62,279 bases of DNA, filler included, from Sphacelaria rigidula (GCA_964200075.2; 9 parts of 9 records of this genome joined end to end with filler, not necessarily neighbours in it); one strand, 5' to 3'; counted from the first letter of the whole stretch, positions 11,244 to 24,100 are shown. Notes: generated by a model not told the origin, from the letters alone. Translations and numbers: made by a program.

Positions 11244-14200
11244 ACGGTTATTCAGGCACGTGTTAACGTGAGAGGCGACAGGTAGAGGGGAAACTGCGGT
11301 GGAAAGGGTTCATGGTTCATTGTGTTGAAGTCATAATCGGACAGACATCGGCACGCGAACGAGACGCGAGGGAGAGGCGCGCGTGGGAGGTGGGTGGGTC
11401 GGGATGAGGGCAAAACGTCAACATGAAGGAAAATCCTAGGAATAACACACCTCGTAGGAAGTGATTTGTTTTTGAATGCTAAAACGGGTAGGCGTGTTGC
11501 TTGACAAGAACGAAAGGCCAAAGTTGACATCGACATCGACATCAACGTCGAGATTGATATCGCATGAGGGTATCCCGTGCTAACGGTAAATAGTGCCCAA
11601 GACTCGCCACCCTACTTGACACATCGAGGACGCTGAGAGATACGTTTACTCGCATAGTGACCAGGATGTTTCAAGTTCGAATCCCGATCCGGTCACGATA
11701 AATAAAAGCCGTCCACCAAAATGAGGTGCGTCAAGAATCCACATCAACTGTGGAGGTCGAGTAAGCAGAGTTTTCACCCTTTCGAACAAGTCTTATGCAA
11801 AACCGTTGCCTTGGATATGACACACGCAAAGTATGTGCAAATGGAGCAGAGACATCCCGACCACTGGCCGGCGAAACAGGCGGCCACCACAAACCTGCTC
11901 TTGTCGCAAAAACGCACGAAGATGCTCGTGAAAAGGGGGGGGGATATGAATACCAACCATGGAGGGGCTACATTGCCATAAGTGTCTGTCGAGCTATAAC
12001 GTTTTCACACAAACGCGATTTTCTATTCGAATGCCGCAGTTGGACCCATTACCGGCAGCGATGATTCTACTACTGACTAAGGTTCATGAGTTTGGTGTCC
12101 ATAGCGATCGACCGACAGCTGGCATAGTAGTCTACAATCGATGCAAGCGTGTCAAATGCTGACTATGAGACTCGTATTTTCCTTGAAACTGCCCGCCATG
12201 GTCCTTACCGTGACTCTGTCTCGACCACACATACAGTGTGCTTCTTGCGACTTCGACCCGTCAAGGAATAGTACTACTACATGCAATTCGCACGGTCCCA
12301 TGCACATTGAACAGAGGATCCTGATAAATGGGGTCCACCTCAAGAATGAGGTTAAAGTGGCATTTCTCTTTTGCAGGGATGACGCGAAACACTTGCGACT
12401 GAGCGAAGCCATCTCCCCCCCCAAATGTCCGCAGCAGTTGAGCAGCTATGGCTAGGTGCACCTAACGAATGCGGTGTGCACGCGTGCCGATGACGATATC
12501 ACCGGAGAGAGAAGCAACGACAGAGAGGAAGCTCCTCGCCCGTGTCCTTTGTGTGTCCTCGCCCGGCGACCACCAATCGCTAGAGAGACTGGTATCATCG
12601 ATGTTACCAGCATGTACCCGATCTTCCATGTGCCAGAAGATCAAGGTGCGGAGAGATTCCATCTCTTCTTGCCTGTGGCGAATGCGAAAATCGATTTCTC
12701 TTTTCCTCTCTTTTCAGACAGGACGCGCCTCTGTGCGCTGAAAAACATGTCGTTGAGAAATAGGGCAATGATCCCGTCACCGCTACTACTGTTCTCTGTC
12801 ACACACATGCCAGCAAGGGCGGTGGTGCGGAGAAAACAACAGATATATCCAATTTGAACTTGGGGGGTGTCATTCATCGTTGATTTTACCCGACGTGTAT
12901 GTGAGCGACCCTCTGGGTGCCCAACGATAAGGGGGTGCGAGACGCCAGTTAGGAGGGAGGGGGGTGTATGAGACATCGAAGACTTGTGGAGACCTTCTTG
13001 ACATGCGGAGTGAAAAACGATACCTATGGTAGTGATCTAACCTTTGCGAGCGTGGTGCAGAGGGGTGCGTCCATGCTGCACTCTGGAGCACGCGCTGGCT
13101 GCGTGAACACCTCGGTACAGTGGCTTTCAAGAATGAATTCCGATGTGACAAAATCACGCATTACTACCTGGGGCGACATATGAACCCACGAAGAACAAGG
13201 GTGCTCTATGATCAACCACTTGTCGTTGCATTTGACACCCGCGCCATCAACCGCTAACCGCAAAGGTCTTGTGGCGTTCAAGCAACGCTGGCGGCAGTAC
13301 GGCAGGCAAACCCGATCATAGCTAGCTTTCGTCGTTCTACTGGACTGGCTGGCGTCTGCACATAGGTCGCCCGGCGTAGCAACATGTACCAAATTTCGCA
13401 ACTAAACAAAGCAGTTCGGTTTTTCTAACTTTCCCTGACATGGGGATACCGCAATCAGTGCAGAACGGAACATAAATTGACGGTTTACCGTTCTTGTTGG
13501 GAAGCAACGGACATGAAACGGTTTGCAGCTTGGAAAACGCGGAATTTCATAGAGGAGACCCTACATGTTTCCCCGCGAGTGTCACACGCGTTTGCAAAAA
13601 CTCTATCGTCTTTATTTTCCTTAGACCACTGGAGTTTTTTCATCACAATGGATTTTAGAAAATGGGGTTGATACAAAATATGGGGTTGAAGTGGCATTTA
13701 ACAACAAATTGTGCGAATTGAGGTTCACCTCCGAGATGAGGTTCAAGCCTAAAACAGTGCTTTCNNNNNNNNNNNNNNNNNNNNNNNNNNNNNNNNNNNN
13801 NNNNNNNNTTAATTAATTAANNNNNNNNNNNNNNNNNNNNNNNNNNNNNNNNNNNNNNNNNNNNCTCACTTAAAGCGAATGATCAAAGCCACTCTCAATC
13901 GTACCATCTACTCTCAATCTCACGAAAACACTGTTTTGTGCTGACCTTACACTTTACTACCTTCATTCCACACCCTTGTCCTGGGTATATGTGTCATCAC
14001 GAGAGAAACGGCGTTAAATGCGACGGCGACCGTTCATCCCCCACCAGGCCACGCTGGGACAGCACGGTACATCGAGGACGGTATGTGTTCGCGTTGAATA
14101 CAATTTAGTGGTTTTCTCGGTTGGGTGATTGCTGTACGTCTTTTGTTTGCATAACATGACTAACTGTTAGGTGTGACTTAACATCGCGTATATTATCTCA

Positions 14201-14929
14201 TATTGCCAAGGGCTATGATAATCGCTTTCGTAACAGTCGACCCCGCCATTAGTCCATTGTGCATGCCACGCCTCACTCTGGTGTTACAGTGTTTATCTCG
14301 AGTGTGGATGCTTCCATGTTTCATTTATTTTAATATGTTGCTTTCACTGTACCTTCATGCTCAACGAATGACAACCGTCTTTTCTTAAACTGTGTGGTAT
14401 ATCAAGATCGCGACTCTATCGTGACGACTCGTGGTGGAAATACTGGTATCCGGCACAATATCCTGTTACATTAAGGTCGACTCATGTCTTGTTTTGGTGT
14501 AAATATATTCCAGATCTATTCATCAAGTTATTCTTCTATTTTTCCGTCTTACATCGTATGCGTTTGGCTTTTGTGGAGCTATGCTATCCTTTGGCTGTAT
14601 TGTTTACAAGATATGAGAACGATCCTCCTCATGGCGTTTCATGTCTGCAAGTATTGAACCAGATATAGTCGAGTATTGCAGTATTTGTTTTTGTCGGGAG
14701 TGTTGTACACCTGAGGGTTATGTTCCGCATTCGTTCAGGATCATATCCAAAACCCCAACGCTATCAGTACTTTCCCCCATTTACCCAGTGTAGTTATTGA
14801 AAGTTAGTGTAAAAAAAACAAAAAGCGAGAGAAAAGAAACAACAGTCCCCAACGTAACCGAACACGAGCTGCTCTATTCAACGATACGAAGAGGGAATGC
14901 TCGAAGAACGCTTTTCAAAGTGCCACACC

Positions 14930-16260
14930 AGGGACGATCAGTGTCTGTTGTGGGTACCAGTGATAAGCATGTTGACGTCAGTCATCCAGCGACAATTGAT
15001 TTGTGACCTGACACCACTGGTACACACTAAATGCGCGCACACTGAATCAGCACACCCCAAGCTATTTTTGCAAGGTCATTTTTGCTCGAACAGGACGAAC
15101 AGAGACTACCGCGAGTACGCTCGATCATACGGGTGCAAACGCTGGGAAAAGGCCGGTCACACCTGATAAGGATGCTGAAAAGTTGCCTTTTGTAGCCGTG
15201 ATTGATATTGGAGATTGACTTCCAGGACACTCACTGCATATATATATATATACATCCGGTATTCGATACATCTCACAGGTCATCGACTGGGCACCAAAAC
15301 CATTTTGCCTACCCCCGACCGACGAAAGAGTCGACACCAATGGTCCGCATTCTACTACTGATCCTGTGTCAAACATTCGTTATGCCTAGACTAATTTGCA
15401 GCCAAAAAGGGGGGAGCCCGCAGCAGCATGAGCGAGGTATTGATATAGATGACTTGAGGTATCAATGGACTACCGACCCGCAAATCACCCAGGAGGTCAA
15501 GGTACCGTGGAGAGGGCAGGTGATGAATGCATAATACATTGAAGAGCCTGGATCCATTTTTGAGGTTCAACATTTTAATGAGTTTCAACTCGAAAACAGT
15601 GCTTCCCCTGACTCGAAGTCATGATCAATGAATTTCATATGGACGACCTCATGCCCCCCGACCTCCTTAATACTATTTTCGGGAGTTGCCCGTTTTCCGT
15701 GCCCCCAATGTGTATATGCAAAAGCATCAACTTCGGGCGAAAAACGTCCCCTTTTTCGCCCCGATATCGAGGTGAAAAGGTGTTTTGGCACACACGCTTT
15801 GGGGGCACGTAAGACGGGCAACCCCCAAGATAGTTTCAAGGAGGTCGGAGGGCATGAGGTTGTCCATGTGAAATGCATTGGTCATGACTTTAGGTAAGGG
15901 AAAGCACTGTTTTCGAGTTGAAACTCATTAAAATGTTAAACCTCAAAAACGGATCCAGGCTGTTATTGTCCGACAAGTGGGACGGGTACGTAGACCCAAC
16001 GTGTTGGACCAAACGTAGACTCCCAGATCCGTCCGCCCCTTCCAACAGACCCCATTTCAAATACTCTTTAACCGTACTCTCCCGGCTGCCCTAGACAACC
16101 TTGTACGACAAGTAAGCGGCACTGACACCGCGATAAGCCTAGAGAATTTCGTGAGACAGGCATTAAAACGTGAACCAGACCAGGCTAAGGTTGTCCTAGA
16201 AGCCAAACAGGGAAAGAAGCAAACGGCCCGACAGAAACGGAGTGCAAGTATCATGAGATA
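14930..16260 (+). mobile_element. Heavily decayed Ty3/Gypsy integrase relic, interrupted by a foldback element
   Basis: Fragments LLWVP..., REYARSYGCKRW, ILEIDFQD, FAYPRPTKE..LCQTF and, after the insertion, DKWDGYVDPTCWTKRRLPDP..PFQILFNR follow the H2C2 plus rve integrase order. Many stops and frameshifts. Confidence 0.7.
15542..15964. mobile_element. Foldback element (423 bp, ~200-bp imperfect inverted arms) with 4-bp TSD ATTG
   Basis: Runs AAGAGCCTGGATCC...GGATCCAGGCTGTT. The arms are complementary almost to the centre (~15750). ATTG occurs at 15538-15541 and 15965-15968. Confidence 0.88.
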
Positions 16261-16601
16261 CGTCCCGGGAACGTCAGCGATAGAGTAGAGACAGGTGAGC
16301 TATATGATTACTTTGATCCGTGCAAGCGCGTGAGATACCCGAACGACGAGTGGTTGGAATTCAGCAGGGAGGAACTGCGTAAAGTTAGCAGTTTAGAGTG
16401 AGTGGTATCTAGTACACACCGACAATGGGTTGCACCTATAGGTAGCAGGAGCCATGCCACCGGACGCGCACCCCCCCCCCCCCAGTGAGTGATTTACAGG
16501 TGGAGAACCCGATACAGGATGAGCAAGGATGGAACATTCGCTCAAGCTCAGAGACGCAGTAGAACATGAGAAAGTTACCTGGTCTCACGGGTACAGCCGA
16601 A

Positions 16602-16812
16602 TCTGGGTGCAGCCGAAACGGGTCTCTATCCCGTATTTTCTTGAAGGGAACTACAGGGAAGGGTGTACGAAACTGGGTGCAGCCAAAACGGGTCTCTATC
16701 CCGTATTTTCCTTGTAGGGAACTACAGGGAAGTGTGTACGAAACTGGGTCCAGCCGAAACGGGTCTCTATCCCGTATTTTCTTCGTGGGAAACTACGAAG
16801 ACGTGTGTATGA
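16602..16812. repeat. Tandem repeat, ~70-bp unit x3
   Basis: CTGGGTGCAGCCGAAACGGGTCTCTATCCCGTATTTTC... starts at ~16603, ~16673 and ~16744. Confidence 0.9.
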
Positions 16813-18430
16813 AGCTCCGCCTTAAGGTCACACGATCCCTGGTTGATTGCGCTAGTCTCAACCCGATTAGGTATGCCTGGTGAAACACTTGGCAAATCTA
16901 TTAGGGGGGATGTTACAGAGTGAATAACGATCCTGTAGAGAAGACTATGAAGTATTTCGACTGCGGGTCCTGACACCTTAGCCCCCTCGAGGATGAGATA
17001 CGAAAACGTGGAATAGGCAACTGCCTGTGATCCCTTTCCGCTCAGATGAAAAGCAAACCCCAAACGATCTCTGAGAGCAATATTCGCCACTTGATAATGA
17101 ACTGTACTCCATCATTACTGACCGCTGAATGCGACACCATCTACCCTTCACCAAGGAATAACCCACATGCTGAACGCTCTGCGTACGTGCCCGGTTGCTC
17201 CACTACGTCGAACTCGTCACAGGCAAGTTACTGCATTATCACTGTAGCCGTTGTAAGCTGTAATATAGGGTCCTAGGATGCCTTGTGTACACAATGCAAC
17301 CCATCTAGAGGCTACCTTACACCACCTAACCAATGGATACTTCTCTTGTGCGACACGTAACCCTATGCACAGGTGTACAGCAACATCAGTAACAGATGTG
17401 TAGTAGAATGTGGTATAGCAATATTACATTTTCTATGAACGCCGTCGTCACTTCGAGTGACGCGTGTACTTGTGATAGATTGTGGTTGGCCCATTTACAT
17501 CCAAGTTATCAAGGTCTTGGACACGAAGTTCCCCTAGCTTTTTCAATTGAGAGCGTGCAAAATTGTTCGGACCAACAGCACAAGCTAGGCTATACCAGAT
17601 TACCGGCTTTTGAGTGCGATTGCGGTTTTTTCGCGGTGACATGATGGTGGTCAAGCTAGATCATTTGAGCGGGGTGGGAAAACATCAACTTCGCACATAG
17701 GGGATGATCGTACTACATAGTGTTCAAATGGTGAGACAACTATGAGACAGTGTATAGACAGTTGTAATGCGTGAGAGGACCGCGTGCTTAGGAGACCGCA
17801 TCGTAGTTCGAAACACCCCAGGAGGAAAGTTCTTCAAAAGAAATCAGACCAGTCCCTGCAGAGGCCACACCTCTGACCCTAACACCAACACCAACCCTAA
17901 CCCTAACCCTTACCACAGAGATGTTCAAATTCCCATGCGGTCCTCTCAGCACGCGGTCCTCTCACGCATCACATCGTGGCTGCATGTCTCTGGACAAGCC
18001 GCTCATTGGGGGCTATCATACAAAATGTAAGATAATCGAGAGGCTTTGGGCCAAACAATCTCTGATATTAGCAAGATGCAGCTCACCCTTTATGCGACGC
18101 GCCGAACACACCCCAACGCTTCGTGTTTAATGATTAATTACGAGTCTGGTCTGACGAAAACCCGGCGTGCTCCGCCCCGGCTTTGTAGGGATGTCCCATG
18201 GAGCACGAGCAGCTACGGTCATTGGGCGGGTCCTCAAGTGTCTAACCTAACATAAGGGTGATAAGGCACTGGTAGCGTGTGATCTGCATATACCCTTTCT
18301 GTTGTTTAAGAGTACAATACCGAAAAAGGTATGGAACAGGGAACGGTTCCTTACAGCAGCTCATTGCCCACTCTTTCATTCCTCCAGAGGATGAAACAAC
18401 GATCAAGAGACATGCGTTGAACGAGAATGA

Positions 18431-18737
18431 CCTCTGGAGGCCGTCCATACCATCCCTCTAGAGTTTTAGCAGGTCAACACATCCCTTTGAAGGGTTTCAT
18501 TTTGTAGTCAAGCCTCCAGAGTGCACGCAACTCCTCTAGCGGGGGGGCCAATGTCCCCCCTCCAGAGTGCCTCCGGTGGTTTATTTCTCTCGGAGCTGCC
18601 ACAGCCTCTGGAATGGTAGAGAATGTACCCCTCCAGAGGGATTTTACCAGAGTTTACGCCTCGAGAGGCTGTTTCCCCCTCCGGAGGGAGAATTTTCGTG
18701 TGGAGGAATTTAGGGGCGAACCAAATGGCCGCGTGTG
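18431..18737 (-). repeat. CCTCCGGAGG-palindrome array element end (third copy)
   Basis: Repeated CCTCYRGAGG motifs ending in CCAAATGGCCGCGTGTG. Confidence 0.7.
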
Positions 18738-18867
18738 ACCCCCGCAGTAATGGACGTCAACAATATGGCATCTACCTTCCCCAACGCCTTCCGACAGACG
18801 GCCGCGGATACACTCCCTCGATGCCCCAAGAAAAATCCATCTAGAGGTTTCAGTGATTCATCTTAAG

Positions 18868-19938
18868 CTCAGGATCGCCTCCAAAAGGCATGGGCTCTTA
18901 GGGAAAGTGTATGGAAAATACTACGAGAAAGCCTCAAAGCCACGATCCTGAAGGAGGCGCTGAAGGTGATGGACAAGGCGTTAGACCGGGTGAAGGATGC
19001 TGAGCTGCAGAACTTCGTCCACGAGTTCACAGTCCGGACCGCGGACTTTGTTCGCAAGAAGGATCAAGCAGGACTTTACCAGCATATCGAGTCCATGGAG
19101 CTGAAGCGAAAGAAACAGAGCGACTCAACCTAGGTCAGGAGCGCGACTGGCGAGCTGTTGCGGGACGAGCAAGCTCTCCTGCAACGATGGAAAGAATGGT
19201 TTGAGACACTGCTGAAAGCAACCTCGCCTACAATCGATCACTTTGCCATAGATCTCATCAAACAGCTGCCGGAGCACACACCACTCGCGGCAGAGCCCTC
19301 GATGATAGACGTGAAGAAAACGGTGGGCAAACTGGCGAACGGCAAGGCCGTTGGGACGGACAACATCTGTGGCGAACTATTGAAGCTCGACCGCACCGAA
19401 GACTCTGCTATCCCGAAGTGCCCCCACGACATCGTGCTCCCCGTGTGGCGTCAGGAAGTTGTGCCGCAAGAGTGGAAAGACACCATCATCAGAGTTCTCT
19501 TCAAGAAACAGGACCCCTACGAATGCGGCCACTACCGCGGTATTTCCCTCGGGTCCCACGCGGGCATGGTGGTGCTCAAGATAGTTGCGACTCGCTTCAG
19601 CGCCTATTGCGAGTGGAAGGGAATCCTCGACCAATGTCGAGATACCCCCCCCCCACAACAAGTGAACCGGAGATCGTTCGATAAACCGGCTGCGATCCCA
19701 CCATTGGGCTCGTTTGCAGCAAGTTCGCCCACATGAGCGGCGTCCGAAATCAGCTATAACGCCCAAATGAGTCGCGTCGTGCAGCACGAAACCAGATCTA
19801 ACGGCATTTATGATCACCGACTCCAGGCACGTTTTTGGCCCGTTCGGGGGCGGGCTTTCTCGGCAGCAGTCCCTCCCAGAAGCGCAATGTGGTTTCCGAC
19901 CTGGCCGTTCCACAGTCGACATGATGTTCGTTGTACGC
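18868..19938 (+). mobile_element. Non-LTR retrotransposon (RTE-like LINE) ORF relic: linker plus N-terminal reverse transcriptase
   Basis: Contains [43 protein letters not shown] and PEAQCGFRPGRSTVDMMFVVR. There is an in-frame stop at ~19131. Interrupted at 19629-19871 and truncated after 19938. Confidence 0.9.
19629..19871. mobile_element. 243-bp MITE with GAC...GTC imperfect TIRs and 4-bp TSD CCTC, inserted in the LINE RT
   Basis: CCTC at 19625-19628 and 19872-19875. Removing the insert plus one TSD restores ATC CTC CCA GAA GCG (ILPEA) in frame. Confidence 0.85.
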
Positions 19939-19992
19939 ATACAACACGGGATTTTACAAATTGGGGACGGAGGTTTTATTGGGAATGAAAAA

Positions 19993-20323
19993 CCGGAGAA
20001 CTCAAACCTTCGCATCCACATCAAATCTTCGAAGTATGCTCGCACTTCTTCCTTTGCTGGTAGCCATTGACAACCACTACACGCCATACAAATTTGGATT
20101 TCGATAAACGAAATGTCGGGGCCCTAGATGAAGAATCAATTTTGGGGGGTTTTAGGTGTCCGATCGGACGCCAAAATTAATTTTTCACCTAGGACCCCGA
20201 TATTTCGCTAATTGAAATCCAAATTTTGATGACGCGTAGTAGTTGTCAATAGCTACCAGCAAGTGAAGAAATGGAAACATACTTCGAAGATTTGGAGTGG
20301 ATACGAAAATGTCAAATCTCCGG
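19993..20323. repeat. Imperfect palindrome (~330 bp) centred on GTCCGATCGGAC
   Basis: Arm segments such as AAATCTTCGAAGTATG / CATACTTCGAAGATTT and TTGCTGGTAGCCATTGACAAC / GTTGTCAATAGCTACCAGCAA are reverse complements. Confidence 0.85.
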
Positions 20324-20914
20324 GATTTGGCTGTAGGGTGTTTTTTTGCGCCACACAGAACGCTTCACAGGGTTTCAGGGAAACTGTGCAATGTTTCTCG
20401 CGGGGGTTTGGCTGTGGGGCATTATTTTGTGCCACACAGGACACTTCACAGGGTTTCGTCACTTGCAGCGCGGGCGCAGTACTGGCGAAAAACAGATGGG
20501 TTGTGACAGGGGTGGGTAACGAACCCGACCTTTAGTGGTCGGGAGAAGAAGGCACAAAGCATTGGCCCACCTTAGTCATCCTACGATAGGGGGGGGAGTA
20601 TTTGGTTGCACGAAAAAAGAGGCTCATAAGTGTGTGAGACATCCTTCCACACTTGCGTTGCGCTTGTATTTGGTTCCAAACGGTGTCAGGCAGTATNNNN
20701 NNNNNNNNNNNNNNNNNNNNNNNNNNNNNNNNNNNNNNNNTTAATTAATTAANNNNNNNNNNNNNNNNNNNNNNNNNNNNNNNNNNNNNNNNNNNNCAAG
20801 AGTCGTCGGACGCTGGCGCGCGCCCGCCGACAAGGCGTGAAGGGGGGGGGGGGGGGGGGAATTGAGGCTCGCACAGCGAGTAGACCCACTGCGCTCGCCT
20901 CCGTTGGCTTCGCC

Positions 20915-20998
20915 CATATTTATCGAAATGTATCCTTATCGAACGCTGAAAAAGCCGATATCGTATCGAAGTGCTAAATGGTTCGATATCCAACACTA
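20915..20998 (-). mobile_element. One end of a probable hAT-type MITE
   Basis: The minus strand begins TAGTGTTGGATATCGA, with subterminal TATCGA repeats. The other end was not seen. Confidence 0.45.
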
Positions 20999-21166
20999 GC
21001 TGCTGTTGCTGTGATCACCACGAACCAAGATCATGAACAGTGAAGAGCCAACCATCGGTCGCAACCACGTCTTCTTCCGGCACACAACTCGTGTACCCTC
21101 CTTATTCATTCTCTCTTGTCCGGCTCCAAATATTGTACACGGCCTGACTCTCGATGGCCATGGCAG

Positions 21167-24100
21167 ACATGCTCACCAACGGTGCGGCCTCGAGACAGCC
21201 CGAGACCCGACAGCAACGGCAGCAGACGGCATTCAAGATGGAGGCCCTCGAAGTTCACGCGGCCTACCGACTGGTCACCCGAGCTGCTGAGGCCGTTCGC
21301 ATGGTCAGGGCTCTCGCACGAGTCGCTCGAGATTTTCCTAAAGCGAAGGTATGGCGGCAGTGGTGGCTGTGAGGGCTGTAAGGTCTTCGGAATGTCATAT
21401 TTTGTGTCGCGTGTTATGTTGTTCGTAGAATGCTTCTTGTGAGCAGGGGAACGTTTATTTATTATTTTTTCTTCGTTTTATTTTTTCTTCCCGCACTCTT
21501 TGTCGTTTTTCCCTTCTCCCCTTCTCCCCTTCTCCCGTTTCACGTTCCGTTTTCTCTCTTCGCAATGGCAAAGCCGCTGTCCCCCCGCCCACTGCGGCCC
21601 CCCTCACGTCTTCCCTCGTTTCCGCATGTCGAATGCTTGAACAACAGCATGCGCTCCATAAAAGACGGCACATATAAAAATCCTTACACACTAACACACA
21701 CACGCACTCACGCGCTTGTCTTGCATCTCGCCAAGGTCCCCTGGTCCGTCCTGTCCGGCGTGACCCTCTGGAAACTGGTGACGGGCGAGGACGAGCACAA
21801 AAAAGTGGCCTCCCTGCTCGCCGACCTGGTGGGCTCCAAGGTCAACCTGCCCCCGGACTCTCGGGACGCCCTCGCCCGAGAGCTTGGGTCGTCTTGCTCC
21901 ACGTTCTTCAGCCAAGGAGACGTGAGAACCTTCGAAGGGCTTGAACTCTTGCGCCGTGCGCGGACAGCCGCCGGCGGTAATGCAGCGGCGGCCGCTGCCA
22001 CGGAAAAGGTACAGTACTGTTGGGTTAGGGATGGTGGTTTCCATAATAACTTGTCTTGAATCCCCTGCATGTTCAACACATACGGTACGGTTAAGGATGG
22101 TGATTTGTTGTTCCACATTTTCAGAACATGTTATGTTGCACAGCGAAGAAAGAAGCTGTGCGCAGGTGTTGACCGTTTCGAACGCCCGCAGACAGGCGGC
22201 GTCCGAGTCTGATTCAGGCTGGTTCACGTTGATCACCCAAAAAACAGTCATCGGCAAAACCTCACGCCGTTTCAAGGAGTCAAGGAGTTAGACCCTAAAA
22301 TTTTGTACGAATGTTCTATGGGTCATCACGCAACTTTCGAAGTTTTTTTAATTTTTGACTTTTTTACCGTTTTTCGGGGGTCCCAGTTATTTGGGGGGAA
22401 ACCTCGACCCAATCGGACCCCCATAGAACGGTAATAAGAAAAAGAAATCCATTCATCCAAAGTTGCGTAATACCCCAAAGCACAGTTGTACAAAATTTCA
22501 GGGTCTAACCGCTTAAAACGGCATGAGGTTTTTCGCCTTTGTGTGATGAAGTTTGCCGCGCCGCGGTGAAACCGCAAACTACTTGATTTTAGTACCAAAA
22601 CAGCGTTTTTGGGCTTTCCTTGACGTGAACATGGAAATTCAAGCATCAGTTGATCGCGTTTTGCGACGAAAATTTGTGAAGCCCATCCCTGGGTTGTGCG
22701 GAGGCAGATAGTTTGCGAAAAAATGAAGAAAAAAATGCCGTAGTGCCGTTTTTCTGGGGTCCCAGAATGGAGACTACTTCGAAACACGACTTCGATCCCG
22801 TCGGACACCCGAAAAACGGTGGGCTCGTAAACGCAATAGTAGGGAAACATCCCATACCGACAGATGAGGTGAAACCCCGAAATCGTGCACGCAAAGGCAG
22901 ACGAGATAGCAGGGCACCAAGCATACCGAATGGTGAGTTCAAACGTCGAACTGCTCACCCAGACAAGACAGACTTGCACAACCAAAAGAGACAGGGAGAC
23001 ACCGATGATAGATTATATATAGAGAATATTTCAAACTCACGAGCGTCAAGCATACTTTGTAACGAGGCGTCCAAGAGATTTATTGCTGATTTTAGTGTAC
23101 AGAGTTCTCCCCCCCCGCCCCGGGGGATGACTGTTCGGGCCAATGCTAATGCTAGGGGTCCGGTTAGCGGATTCGTGCTTCACTTTGTGCGAGGGTACGC
23201 ATGCGTCCGCGACCGTTCGAACAGACGCGTGATCGCGGTGGTCCTGCAATGTTTAATGTTTCCGGCGGGCACGAATATTTCGAGAGAGGATCTACTCTCA
23301 CGAGGGCTTGGCAAGGTAAGAGTACCGAGACTCTAAAAAAAGACGGACGGAACCGGGGCGCAGCTCCGAGTCCCGTGCGGCTTGTATATATATATATATA
23401 TATATTGTCGAACTGCTCACCCAGACAAGACAGACGTGCACAACCAGAGAGACGGACAGACACGGATGATATTTTTTATTTCATTATTATTGGCAATTAT
23501 TATTTATCTTCTTTTGTTTGTCACACTTTGAACCCCTCCCCTTCCTGGAGACGAGTCTGTGGTCTCAATGGATCAACCCATCTCTGCCCGGTACACGCCT
23601 TGCATTCTGGTCTCGTGGGTTGCATCATGACTATCAACACTCCCGTACCGCGTCAACTCACGTCAAAGTCGTCGACTACTTCGTTTGCTCACGTTCTCAC
23701 ATTCTCACGCTTTTCACGGTGGAAATCACATTCTGTAATACGAGGAAAACAAAACGAAACATCGGGAATCGAACCCTCGTTCTCTCCACCCTCATGGCGA
23801 CAGTCGGACCAACCATTACACCGCCGGGGCGAGACGGCACGATGTACCAAGTGATATGATGAAATATCGAATTACGCTTGCATGGACGGTACAGTGGAAC
23901 GTCATCCGCACAAACTCGCGGCATGAGGCGTCTACAAGGATACCCAGAGAGCGGGGCATCACCCATGCCAATTTGTGAGAGAAAACGTCGAATCGGACGA
24001 AGACACACAGACGGCGAGCATCAGCCATGCCAACTTGGAAGATAAAAAGGTCGGATAGGACAAACGCACTAAATACAGGCAGGTCATGAGCCACGCAAAA

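Noticed and set aside
22178-23222. 1-kb TIR element bounded by TTCGAACG..CGC.GAC repeats
   Set aside because: The termini match only ~14/17 and no TSD is visible.
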